A stretch of DNA of 45,725 nt, taken from the NCBI GenBank assembly GCA_023245435.1, contig JAHFKH010000002.1, forward strand, positions 1 to 45,725, given 5' to 3'. Each line of letters starts with the position of its first letter. Position 1 is the stretch's first letter. This document shows, piece by piece, positions 19,373 through 28,563 of this stretch. Position numbers and translations under genes: made by a program. Source of the stretch: Candidatus Shapirobacteria bacterium. GTDB taxonomy: Bacteria > Patescibacteriota > Microgenomatia > UBA12405. A model generated the notes under the pieces. That model ran no database searches. It worked only from the letters and a program-made list of their open reading frames with translations, and was not told where the DNA came from.

Positions 19373-19426
19373 ACTTACCGCTCGGTAAGTTATCGTTAGG
19401 TTATCAAAATGGCAAATGCATGTCAA
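19373..19426 (-). promoter_or_regulatory. Sigma70-type promoter and TetR operator
   Basis: TTGACA-N17-TAACCT (19426-19398), then perfect palindrome ACTTACCG-CT-CGGTAAGT (19373-19390). Confidence 0.75.
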
Positions 19427-19430
19427 ATGT

Positions 19431-20756
19431 TTAAGTTTTAATTGTCAGTTGCTTGTTGTGCAGTATAAATTTTGTCTTTATTGCCGACATTATTTGAATT
19501 CTGTCCTCAGCTGAGCCAGCTTTTAGAACATGGAGTAAGTATTCTTTTGCCGTATCTCGATCTAGAGGTATTTTTTGAGGGTAATCAAATTGGTTTAGAT
19601 TTCCAGCTAAAAATTCTTGATGAAGCACCTCGCCTCTCAGTGAATGGAATCTTTCGATTTCGTCTTTTAGTTGATTTGTTAACAATTTTTCGTCAAGTTT
19701 TATCTCATCAATATGAGCGAGTAGTTGTTGGATTAATTCCTCTTCGTTGATGTACGGCTCTTCGCAGTCATAATCAACATGCCGACCACAGTGATAATAA
19801 ACATATTTTTTAAATCTTCCGTATTTATATCTCTTATATTTTTCTTCGGCCGTTATCCACCCTCCACAACCTCCACATTTACATAATCCTCTAAACGGAA
19901 ATAGTTTTTTATTCCACTCTTTAAGGGGAACATATAATTGTTTTTGGGCTTTATCAAAGATTTCTCTTGTTATTAATGGTTCATGATTTCCTTTATAGAT
20001 AATTCCTCCGAACTCAAACTCACCGTAGTAATAGGTATTTTTGAGTAATTTATAAACCTTACTTAACGCCAGTGGTTTTCCACTTCTAGTAGTAAATCCA
20101 ATCTTATCCAACCACATTTTCACCACCCTTCCACTTTGTCCCTTTTCAGCTACTCGATTAAATATTTGTTTAATAATTGAGGCACGTTCTTTATCAACTT
20201 CTACGTAGCTGATTCGGTTATAACTCATAACGTTTAGATACCCAAGTGGAGCTATGTTAGGCCTCCATCCTGCCTCACACTTAGCTTTCATACCTCTTTT
20301 GACGTTGATGCCTCTATTATCGTTTTCCAGCTTGGCTTGGGAGCATAAGATCATCAGTAAAAATTTCTCATTTGGATTATTTGAAAATGTTTGAGAAAAA
20401 GTGCGAATTGTTTGTAATTTTCCCTGATCCATTAAATCTACTAGTGTTCCCAAATCTCCGGCATTTCTGCTCAATCTGTCGGGTGCCCAGGTTAATATAG
20501 CATCAAATTCTCCAGATCTGATATCAATTAATAGTTGGTTAAAGACTGGTCGAAGTCCTGATGACTTGGCTGAGTGACTTTCCTGCCGAATTTCCTTAAT
20601 AAATAGGTTCTCTCTTTCAGCCAATGTTTTCATTTCATTGATTTGGGATTCGATCGACATGGCTTGTCGTTCGTCTGATTCCGATGATTTTCTAGCGTAT
20701 AGGCAATACCTAGTTTGCTTTATTTCCTGTATCTTTCCATCTTCTTTCTTCTTCAT
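19431..20756 (-). CDS. Large serine recombinase (integrase)
   Basis: Catalytic 'YARKSS', 'DRLSRN', recombinase domain 'APLGY...YYG', zinc ribbon 'CKCGGCGG..YYHC..C'. Confidence 0.96.
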   Translation of the reverse strand: MKKKEDGKIQEIKQTRYCLYARKSSESDERQAMSIESQINEMKTLAERENLFIKEIRQESHSAKSSGLRPVFNQLLIDIRSGEFDAILTWAPDRLSRNAGDLGTLVDLMDQGKLQTIRTFSQTFSNNPNEKFLLMILCSQAKLENDNRGINVKRGMKAKCEAGWRPNIAPLGYLNVMSYNRISYVEVDKERASIIKQIFNRVAEKGQSGRVVKMWLDKIGFTTRSGKPLALSKVYKLLKNTYYYGEFEFGGIIYKGNHEPLITREIFDKAQKQLYVPLKEWNKKLFPFRGLCKCGGCGGWITAEEKYKRYKYGRFKKYVYYHCGRHVDYDCEEPYINEEELIQQLLAHIDEIKLDEKLLTNQLKDEIERFHSLRGEVLHQEFLAGNLNQFDYPQKIPLDRDTAKEYLLHVLKAGSAEDRIQIMSAIKTKFILHNKQLTIKT

Positions 20757-20812
20757 GACACTACTGTACCGCAGGTTTTGTGGAAGTCTAGGAGATAAAT
20801 GTATGTTTTAAA

Positions 20813-21700
20813 CTACAAATCAAGCGTCTCGGGCATTATGGAAGCGCAAGTTAACCCAAACGTCACTGATACTTTTTTTGCTTCTTCTGGAGTTAGTTCC
20901 TTCCAAATTTTTTCTTTTTCGTAAGCGACAATTTCCTCAGTTGTAATTTCTCTTGTTTGAAAACTGGTTTCTTTAACGTTGTAAATGCCTTTAGCATTAA
21001 TTATTTCAATATTACCGATAAAGTGTCTTTCCACGACATCGTAATAGAATTGGAGAGTGTCCACGGTTAAAGTCTCACCCTCAAGGGTCAAAATCTGTTT
21101 TTGATTTTGATTTGGTGGGGTATAGATATAACTGCCTGGTTTCCTGGTCAACTGGTTTTCGTTCCACAAGCGAGCAAAAACTTCATATGCGGTTGCAGTT
21201 TTGCCATTATCGACGACTAATTTGATAACTTTAGGATCTGTCGAAACGGTTCCTTTAAAAGCTGAACTGGTAGAAACACTTAAACTCATTCCTTTAATCA
21301 TTGTGTCTGAAATCATAGAAGAGGCGTAAAGCTTTGTTTTTATGTCCTTATCCTCAGTATCAACTAATGCCAATAAATCAATTCCCAACTCAGAGGCCAT
21401 ATTTACAGCAGTACTCGTATAAGGTGAATTAGAAACAATGGATCCCTTTTTGGCGCCAATATCTTGAAGTTTAGTATTAAATGCTTCGATGACGGGTATA
21501 TCAACAGGTCTTTTATAATCCTTACATTCAAAAGCAATAAAATCATAATTTGATGGATCAACTAGTTTTACATCAACCTGTCGTCTACCTTTAGAAAGTT
21601 TTCCCCGCAAAAAGACGTTTTTGTAAACTTCTGATTCGGGGTTGAAACCCTTGATCATCTCACGGGTTTTATCTTCAAATTTTTTCCATTTTTTTATCAT
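20813..21700 (-). CDS. Mrr-like PD-(D/E)xK restriction endonuclease with uncharacterised C-terminal domain
   Basis: 'WKKFE', 'RQVDV', 'FECKDYKRPVD', 'KGSIVSNSPYT..A'. Confidence 0.85.
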   Translation of the reverse strand: MIKKWKKFEDKTREMIKGFNPESEVYKNVFLRGKLSKGRRQVDVKLVDPSNYDFIAFECKDYKRPVDIPVIEAFNTKLQDIGAKKGSIVSNSPYTSTAVNMASELGIDLLALVDTEDKDIKTKLYASSMISDTMIKGMSLSVSTSSAFKGTVSTDPKVIKLVVDNGKTATAYEVFARLWNENQLTRKPGSYIYTPPNQNQKQILTLEGETLTVDTLQFYYDVVERHFIGNIEIINAKGIYNVKETSFQTREITTEEIVAYEKEKIWKELTPEEAKKVSVTFGLTCASIMPETLDL

Positions 21701-21766
21701 ATTTCAAATATTTATCAACCGACATGATTATAATCTTATCCCAGGTATATAATGTTAAAATTTGCA

Positions 21767-22258
21767 ATGAAGAGAATTTTAGTTTTGTTATTTTTAGTCG
21801 GAATCATCACGGTTGGAGTTGCTTATTTCAAATCTAATAAAATTCCCGCTGATGATTTCAAAGCCCCAGGTAAAAGTTGGAATTCGCCTAAAAAAGTCGA
21901 AGATTATTTCGTTGAAAAACTGAGATTTACTCAAAGTGATTTAGAAAGACAAAAACAAAGCGAAACGGTCGATTTTCGGCCCGGCAAAGGCTCTACGCTA
22001 GAGGCAATTGTAAGTAACCTTCAATATTATGGATTCATTCGGAGTGAAAAAGCCTTAATGTATGCTTTAGAAAATACCAAAGATACTACTCAAGGAAACC
22101 CGGGAGCACTCTCTGTTGGCAGGAATGGGTCGATTGATACTGTAGCCAGTTACCGGGTTTCGGAAAATATGACTACCTGGGAAATGGCTGATACTTTACT
22201 TAACAAATCACACTATTTTGGTCCGAATGATGAGTACAACTATATGTTTATGCCCTAA
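21767..22258 (+). CDS. Membrane-anchored protein resembling the N-terminal part of MltG/YceG (likely start 21767)
   Basis: TM anchor, 'GSTLEAIVSNLQYYGFIRS', 'SYRVSENMTTWEMADTL'; no catalytic domain. Confidence 0.55.
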   Translation: MKRILVLLFLVGIITVGVAYFKSNKIPADDFKAPGKSWNSPKKVEDYFVEKLRFTQSDLERQKQSETVDFRPGKGSTLEAIVSNLQYYGFIRSEKALMYALENTKDTTQGNPGALSVGRNGSIDTVASYRVSENMTTWEMADTLLNKSHYFGPNDEYNYMFMP

Positions 22259-22263
22259 ACTTC

Positions 22264-22289
22264 AAACCCTCCGATTTCTCAGAGGGTTT
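22264..22289. terminator. Bidirectional intrinsic terminator
   Basis: AAACCCTC...GAGGGTTT hairpin between convergent genes. Confidence 0.7.
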
Positions 22290-22308
22290 AATTGAATTCT
22301 CTTTTTAA

Positions 22309-22851
22309 TTATTTTATTAGAGATATTTGTTTCTCGGTTCCAAATAATCCACCTTTGACCAATAGTTTTAAGTCGGTGGCATCATCGGGTAAGTCGAAGA
22401 CTATGTCGCCAGTTACTGATAGTCCAGGCTGTACCTGTTGCAAGAACATGTCTATCTTGCCTTGAGATAATCCTTTGGCTGTTTGACCTTCGATTGATCT
22501 ATCAAACTTTCTACCTTGGGAATCAGTAATTTTTATCATTGAGCTGTCAATTGTGACCGTCTCCTTGCCAACATTCTTGACATTTAGTGTCACCACATAG
22601 AAAGTACCTTGGGCATCCTTTTTGGTATAAGAGCTACCCAATGATTTTGCAGTAGTAACGCCTGTCGCAGTAAATGCCAGATCCTTATCGGTTACTGTGT
22701 CGTTAAGTTTGGCTACGGCATCTTCTTTTTTGGCTCCATTTTGAGTAGTACCACTATTGTTGGTGTTTGAACCCTTACCACCCCCTGAAATTGCACCAAT
22801 TATCATAATAATTACAAAGGCGATTACGCCCCATTTGAGTATTTTTTTCAT
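22309..22851 (-). CDS. DUF4352-like membrane-anchored Ig-fold protein (likely start 22851)
   Basis: TM anchor, low-complexity linker, 'FYVVTLNVKNVGKE', 'DSQGRKF', 'VQPGLSVTGDIVFDLP'. Confidence 0.82.
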   Translation of the reverse strand: MKKILKWGVIAFVIIMIIGAISGGGKGSNTNNSGTTQNGAKKEDAVAKLNDTVTDKDLAFTATGVTTAKSLGSSYTKKDAQGTFYVVTLNVKNVGKETVTIDSSMIKITDSQGRKFDRSIEGQTAKGLSQGKIDMFLQQVQPGLSVTGDIVFDLPDDATDLKLLVKGGLFGTEKQISLIK

Positions 22852-22934
22852 ATTTTTTGAATAAATATTTCTAACTAATAATTCACGTATATGATGACAC
22901 ATTTTATTTGTTAAGTCTATGTTTACTGCGTGGC

Positions 22935-22958
22935 AGTATTCTAATACTTGAATATGAT
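22935..22958 (+). promoter_or_regulatory. Operator and -10 box of the XRE gene
   Basis: Palindrome AGTATT-CT-AATACT (22935-22948); TATGAT 6 nt before the GTG at 22965. Confidence 0.55.
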
Positions 22959-22964
22959 GAATCT

Positions 22965-23186
22965 GTGTTATCAAAAGATGCTTTTACCAAAAAACTAGCT
23001 GAAAAAATCAAGAAAGCCAGAGAAGAATCAGGTATATCTCAGGAAGAACTGGCACACCAAGCGGGACTTTACCGAACTTACATCGGCCATTTGGAAAATG
23101 CCAAATATTCACCAACGGCATATGTAATTTATAAAATCAGCAAAGTCCTGAACATTAAGGCTGACGATTTACTTCCGGGTAATTAA
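22965..23186 (+). CDS. XRE/Cro-C1 HTH regulator (likely GTG start 22965)
   Basis: 'IKKAREESGISQEELAHQAGLYRTYIGHLEN..YSPT'. Confidence 0.9.
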   Translation: MLSKDAFTKKLAEKIKKAREESGISQEELAHQAGLYRTYIGHLENAKYSPTAYVIYKISKVLNIKADDLLPGN

Positions 23187-24691
23187 AATCTTGTATTCAT
23201 CGAAATAGACTCTAGCCTATCAAGGCCGTAGTTTCTGTCGTACAAACTACTTCCACAGCTGATAATCATTATTCCGGGTACGGGTTTATTGTCGATTTCC
23301 AAAATCTTTAGTATTAATAAGGAAAAGGCGTCAGCAAGATCATCATGTTTTTCGATTCCAAATCCGACTAGCTGACTTATTAACTCCTCGGCTCCTTTTC
23401 GAGGAAATAAAATTTTACCCTGTTCAATTAAATGAGTCACTAACGCCAATCTAGAACGCTTGTCCTGTCCATTAACCTTAACGCCCTCACAATGAATATT
23501 TCGGTCTCCTAAATGCTGGATTATTGATTGTTGGTATCCAACGTCTTCGATAAATATTTTTGATTCCTTTCCTAAAATTGACGATAGTTCTTCAATTTTT
23601 GAAACCGTTTGAGGAAAAGTCAGTCTTTGATTGACTGGATTTGGATAAATATATATTTCTAGGTTTTCTTTACCACCATATACTTTGGCAGTAACCATAG
23701 TTGTATAATCTGCTGAATCTTTTTGAGAAATTGCCAAATCAATGCCAGTTCCAATTAGTTTGAAATCCTTTTTATCTCTCTCGATTTCATTGTAGAATTT
23801 TATCCATTCAGGGTGAACTAACCTATCAGCATCAGAAATTATTTTTAGCAAATATTCTCGATACCATGAAGATTCAGACCCAATGCTAGATCTCAACTTA
23901 TTAATTGCTTCCATGTTTGGGAACTTTCCTGGCCACGCGATCGTTTCATGTTTATCGACTAGTGGAACAGATAGAAATTTACCGCTAAGTTTTTTATTAT
24001 CTATCATCGCTTTGAGTCGCATGAGTAAACAATCCTCATGGAGTAAGTTTCCGACGATAATATATTTTGTAAAATTATCACCGACCGGGAACACCTCACC
24101 AGTCAGCCATTGAGAAGTTTTGTCTCGACTCTCCCTAGTTTTAGTATTGTTTAAGTCCTCTACATCGTCGCAGATCACTAAATCTGGTCGATATTGACCG
24201 TGTCTTAAACCACGAATACTCTGTTCCGTTGAGGCAACCGCTATTCGGGCATCGAAGTTAGATAAAACAATAGAGGTCGACCCCCATTCGTCATTAACTT
24301 CCTGAAACGGCCCGATATCCTTTTTAAGTAATTCGTTAGTTTCCAACTCTCTCTTAATATTAGTGAGATGAAGCCTGGCCTGTTGTTGAGTTTGACCTAC
24401 AATTAGTACAAACTTCTTCTGTTGACTTCCAGTAATTGCCCAGATTGGATATGACAAACTCATGATTGTTGATTTACTTGACCCCCTAAAGGCAATGACA
24501 ATTCCCAACTTCAAATTTGTGTCTTCGGTCAGGGAAAACATTTCATTATGAAACGGAGCAAATGGATAGCCGATGTAGTGGCTAAAATAAATAGTAAAAA
24601 ACCAGAAGTGGCTGTTTCTGGCCAACGCCTTGCGGACACTTCTTTTCTTTTTTATCTCGACGAGTTCACTTTCATTTAATGTTTGGATCAT
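23183..24691 (-). CDS. terL: Phage terminase large subunit (likely ATG 24691)
   Basis: Walker A-like 'AFRGSSKST', 'IRG..RPDLVICDDVE' Walker B, RNase H-fold acidic residues 'GIDLA', 'DYT', 'IEDVGYQ', 'HDDLADA'. GGAGG SD before 24691. Confidence 0.92.
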   Translation of the reverse strand: MIQTLNESELVEIKKKRSVRKALARNSHFWFFTIYFSHYIGYPFAPFHNEMFSLTEDTNLKLGIVIAFRGSSKSTIMSLSYPIWAITGSQQKKFVLIVGQTQQQARLHLTNIKRELETNELLKKDIGPFQEVNDEWGSTSIVLSNFDARIAVASTEQSIRGLRHGQYRPDLVICDDVEDLNNTKTRESRDKTSQWLTGEVFPVGDNFTKYIIVGNLLHEDCLLMRLKAMIDNKKLSGKFLSVPLVDKHETIAWPGKFPNMEAINKLRSSIGSESSWYREYLLKIISDADRLVHPEWIKFYNEIERDKKDFKLIGTGIDLAISQKDSADYTTMVTAKVYGGKENLEIYIYPNPVNQRLTFPQTVSKIEELSSILGKESKIFIEDVGYQQSIIQHLGDRNIHCEGVKVNGQDKRSRLALVTHLIEQGKILFPRKGAEELISQLVGFGIEKHDDLADAFSLLILKILEIDNKPVPGIMIISCGSSLYDRNYGLDRLESISMNTRF

Positions 24692-25103
24692 TTTTCCCTC
24701 CTTCAATTGAATTTTCTAATGTGTTTGGTAAGACCGAGGCCAATTTCAGTGCCTTCATTACTAGTGCTTCCTGCTCTGGCGACAATTGCTCATCGTCGTG
24801 TTTTAATTTGGCAGTTACTTCTACTCTCGTGGCATATGATGGATGATGGTTACGTAACCAAAAAATAATGGCAGTCAAATTCTTATCTCTAATTGCACTC
24901 ATAAGTTGAGATTCAGCCATATCATTAACCAAACCATTACCATCAGAAATTGCCTCGTTAACTGCGGCCGCAAACTTTTCATCATCGCTTTTCCAACGAT
25001 AAAAACTGGCTCGACCAATGCCGACTTTTTCACAGGCAACTTGAACCACAGGTGTCTTTTTTAGTTGTTCAATTAACAGTTGTTTTTCATTTTTTGTTTT
25101 CAT
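24672..25103 (-). CDS. terS: Probable terminase small subunit (HTH)
   Basis: 'VQVACEKVGIGRASFYRW..DEKF', 'AESQLM..I...NLTAIIFWL'; overlaps the terL start. Confidence 0.78.
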   Translation of the reverse strand: MKTKNEKQLLIEQLKKTPVVQVACEKVGIGRASFYRWKSDDEKFAAAVNEAISDGNGLVNDMAESQLMSAIRDKNLTAIIFWLRNHHPSYATRVEVTAKLKHDDEQLSPEQEALVMKALKLASVLPNTLENSIEGGKNDPNIK

Positions 25104-25830
25104 ACTTTTTCAGTTTGTTAAATCGATCAATAATTGTTTGGCAGTACTCAGGATCAATTTCCACCATCAAGCATTTTCGTTTTGTTTGCTCACAGGCGAT
25201 AAGAGTAGATCCTGAACCACCAAAAGGGTCGTAAACATAATCACCAATCTGAGTACTATTGAGAATCAAATGTCGCAGAAGTGATATTGGTTTCATGGTT
25301 GGATGTAGTGGGCTTTTGTTGGGTTTGGGAAAAGCCAAAATACTTTTATCCTTACTCTTAAAGAATTGGTGGGTGCCAAACCAGCCATAAGCGATCAACT
25401 CGTGTTGGGGTAGATAATCCATCCGACCAATGACTGAGTGGTTTTTTATCCAGATTAAAAGTTGGCAAAATTTGAAACCGGAAATATCAAGTGCCTTTTT
25501 AAGCGCAAACAACATTTTGTCAGAATTAAAAATGTAGTAACTATTTTTAGCGGATAAATATGGCTTCATAATCTCCAACCATTGTTGAGTAAATAATTGA
25601 TATGATTCATCCGTTTGAACCTGATCGTTGGCGATTACTTTTCTCTTAACTTGTGATTTCGAGAACCCATTTTTACTTTCCACGTACGCTACACCATAAG
25701 GGACATCTGCCAATATAAGTCGAACACTTTTACTTGAAAGTAACTTTTCAACCATTACCTTATCGGTTGAGTCGCCACATAAAAGCAGGTGGTCGCCAAG
25801 GGTAACTATGTCGCCGTTTTTAATTAACAT
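25087..25830 (-). CDS. DNA N4/N6 methyltransferase (beta class)
   Basis: 'LLCGDST', variant motif IV 'DVPY', 'HPTMKP', 'DPFGGSGST'. Confidence 0.9.
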   Translation of the reverse strand: MLIKNGDIVTLGDHLLLCGDSTDKVMVEKLLSSKSVRLILADVPYGVAYVESKNGFSKSQVKRKVIANDQVQTDESYQLFTQQWLEIMKPYLSAKNSYYIFNSDKMLFALKKALDISGFKFCQLLIWIKNHSVIGRMDYLPQHELIAYGWFGTHQFFKSKDKSILAFPKPNKSPLHPTMKPISLLRHLILNSTQIGDYVYDPFGGSGSTLIACEQTKRKCLMVEIDPEYCQTIIDRFNKLKKYENKK

Positions 25831-27097
25831 ACTTCACCTCCTTGCCAGTTAATTTTTGATAGCGGGAAATAATTAAATCGCAAAATATCGGTTCGTGTTC
25901 AATCATCAAGCACCTTCGTTTTAATTGCTCGCAGGCGATTAATGTTGAACCTGATCCACCGAATAAATCTAAAACAGCGTCCCCAACACTAGTACAACGC
26001 CTTAGCGCTTTTTCATGAAGGATGGGGCTCTTTTCTGTCGGATGTTCATATTCTCCACCCGATAATCTTTTCACCAGCCAAATGTTTAACAAATCCAAAA
26101 TGTCGTCAATAGTTCGATTGCCTGAGCCAATTTCTTTATTGAGAATCTCATTTAAGTTTTTCGGGTTTTCAGAAATTGTAGGCTTGCCGATAGTTCCATA
26201 AATACAAGCCTCATACGATTTATTAAAAGCAATATTTGGAGTAGGAGAAAAGCCATTTTTAATCCACAAGCAAGTCCGCTTGTTTTCAATTCCTAGTTCT
26301 GTAAATAGTCCTTGAACTAGGCCAATGTGGTTTTCATCATTCCAATAAAATACATGACAATCTGGTTTGGAAATAGTTAACGCATTTTGAATTGTCTTTT
26401 TCAAAAATTCTCTGTACTCAGAGTCAGTTTTGTTGTCATCGGTCTTACCTCCATATTTACTTTTACCTCCGACTCCTTTGTTGTAGTCGAGAGAAATATT
26501 GTAGGGCGGGTCACAGTAGATCATCGATATTGTCTTTTCTCTAGTTAGCTTTTGAACAATCCCAAGGCTTGTACTATCACCGCAAATTAATAGATGAGAA
26601 CCAAGTTGAACAATATCTCCAACTTTTGTTTTAGGGATCTTAATTTTCTCCAACTCTTTTTCGGTATTGAAGTTATCGTCCTCAATATCGAGATTTTCGT
26701 CCCAAATTCTAGACAAATCATTGTTATCAAAACCAATGTCCATCAACATTTCGATATCAAAATTCTTGAGTAGATCAAAATCCCAATCACCAGATACCTT
26801 ATTTAAAGTTAGATTAAGTTTTTTCTCTCTTTCGATATTATCTATGTCAATAAAATTTACTGGCACAGTTTTATACCCCAATTCTTTGGCTATTTTTAGC
26901 CTAAAATGCCCAGCAATCACCACTCCATATCTTGACTTATTTCCATTAGCCAAAATTGGCACCACAAAACCATTTTCCTTGATACTTTTCTTCAAATCAG
27001 AGATAGCTTTCTCGCTCCAGTATCGGGGATTATACTCGGATGGAATTAGGTCATTAATATTTACCTCAACTGTTTGAATCTCTGTTTTATTTTTCAT
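25820..27097 (-). CDS. ParB-N domain-DNA methyltransferase fusion
   Basis: 'YNPR', 'GFVVPI', 'IAGHFRL' ParB/Srx domain; 'DPPY', 'HPTEK', 'DLFGGSGST'. Confidence 0.93.
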   Translation of the reverse strand: MKNKTEIQTVEVNINDLIPSEYNPRYWSEKAISDLKKSIKENGFVVPILANGNKSRYGVVIAGHFRLKIAKELGYKTVPVNFIDIDNIEREKKLNLTLNKVSGDWDFDLLKNFDIEMLMDIGFDNNDLSRIWDENLDIEDDNFNTEKELEKIKIPKTKVGDIVQLGSHLLICGDSTSLGIVQKLTREKTISMIYCDPPYNISLDYNKGVGGKSKYGGKTDDNKTDSEYREFLKKTIQNALTISKPDCHVFYWNDENHIGLVQGLFTELGIENKRTCLWIKNGFSPTPNIAFNKSYEACIYGTIGKPTISENPKNLNEILNKEIGSGNRTIDDILDLLNIWLVKRLSGGEYEHPTEKSPILHEKALRRCTSVGDAVLDLFGGSGSTLIACEQLKRRCLMIEHEPIFCDLIISRYQKLTGKEVKYVN

Positions 27098-27205
27098 ATT
27101 AATTTAATTTTATTGGTGGCAAACTAAAAACTTATATATTTTTAGTTGAGGCCAAATTAATATGGGAATAATACCTGTAAATAAAAACCTAAAATACCGT
27201 GTCCT

Positions 27206-27952
27206 TTAAGCTTGAAGGCTACCTAATCTTTTTTTGTGTCGTTTAACTGATTCACTGGCTTCTTTATATGTGTAATCTTCCAAACCAAACTCATTAGTGA
27301 TTATGTCGGAAATTTCAGCCATTTTATGTCCTAAATTTTTGAGTTCGAAAGCTCTTTTATCGATATCTAGCTTTGGGGCAGGTTGAAACTTTTTAGATTT
27401 GTCCGGTAATCTTTTCTGTTCAGCCATTACCATCGGCCACATAAACTTTATATCCTCCAAAGTAGTATCTGCATTTATCTCCAACATTAACGCACCGCGT
27501 TCCCCAACTCCGGAGACTATCGACACATTTCCCGGAATCATCATTGATTCAATGTTGTTAAATATCAAGTATCTTTTAACTGATTCCAGCCAATTTATTG
27601 GCAATCGATATTTTGAGACTAGATTTTTAAGGTCTCGATGAAAATCATTAATTGGGACTCTGTTATTAAATTCTTTGTTAGCCTTTTCCTTACCTAACCA
27701 ATCTTTTAACTTGATTAACATATTTTCTACTTCCGCCTCAGCCTTCCTGTTGCCATCTATAAATTCGTCCGATGCTTCACAAATCCAATTGTGCCATTTT
27801 TGATTTTCTACATCGGATACAAAACCACATTCAGAAATTTTCCACTTTTTTCGTAGTGATTTGATTTCTTCTTGAAATTTTGGATCGGAAATTAGTATTT
27901 TGGCCTTTTGGTGTAGGCGGTTTCGAGTTTTAGTAATGTGACTGTCTTTCAT
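27206..27952 (-). CDS. Hypothetical protein with probable C-terminal HTH
   Basis: 248-aa ORF ending 'RAFELKNLGHKMAEISDII...YKEASESVKRHKKR'. Confidence 0.65.
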   Translation of the reverse strand: MKDSHITKTRNRLHQKAKILISDPKFQEEIKSLRKKWKISECGFVSDVENQKWHNWICEASDEFIDGNRKAEAEVENMLIKLKDWLGKEKANKEFNNRVPINDFHRDLKNLVSKYRLPINWLESVKRYLIFNNIESMMIPGNVSIVSGVGERGALMLEINADTTLEDIKFMWPMVMAEQKRLPDKSKKFQPAPKLDIDKRAFELKNLGHKMAEISDIITNEFGLEDYTYKEASESVKRHKKRLGSLQA

Positions 27953-28144
27953 GTTCTAGCAGGATTATATCGATTCTACGCTATTGTAGGTAACTATGTT
28001 GACAAGTATATAACTAACAACACCTCAAAAATATTTGAACATATCACATAGTAGTTTAATTAAAGAAACAGATAATTTATTGAAATATTTAATAAAAACG
28101 TGACATTAACATTATCATGTCGTATATTGTATAATTAATTAACT

Positions 28145-28546
28145 ATGTCGTACTTGCGAATATCTCAAGCTGCAAAAATACTTAAAGTAAATACTCGGAC
28201 CCTTATGCGATGGGATAATGAAGGTAAATTTGTCGCCCACAAAGAACCACTGTCAAAAATACGGTTTTATGACGAAGTTGACATACTAAACCACGAGATC
28301 TGGTTCGAACTTAGGAGAAAACACAAAGCACATCTTAAGAAGCTCGACTCAATAAGAAAAGAAGTGGATAAGTTTGTTGTAACTCAGCCATTAGAATTCG
28401 GCGCTAACCCAAAGTTTCATAAACTCGAGGATATGAAAAAGGCATATGACGCACTAAGAGATTGGGAAAAAGAAGAAAGAAATATCACGAGCGAGTATGG
28501 TAAATTACCGAGTGGTTTTAAAGCAAAAGTTGACCCTGAAACTTAG
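28145..28546 (+). CDS. MerR/excisionase-like HTH protein (candidate recombination directionality factor)
   Basis: 'LRISQAAKILKVNTRTLMRWDNEGKF..R.Y'. Confidence 0.75.
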   Translation: MSYLRISQAAKILKVNTRTLMRWDNEGKFVAHKEPLSKIRFYDEVDILNHEIWFELRRKHKAHLKKLDSIRKEVDKFVVTQPLEFGANPKFHKLEDMKKAYDALRDWEKEERNITSEYGKLPSGFKAKVDPET

Positions 28547-28563
28547 ACAGTGAAATCGGAGTT

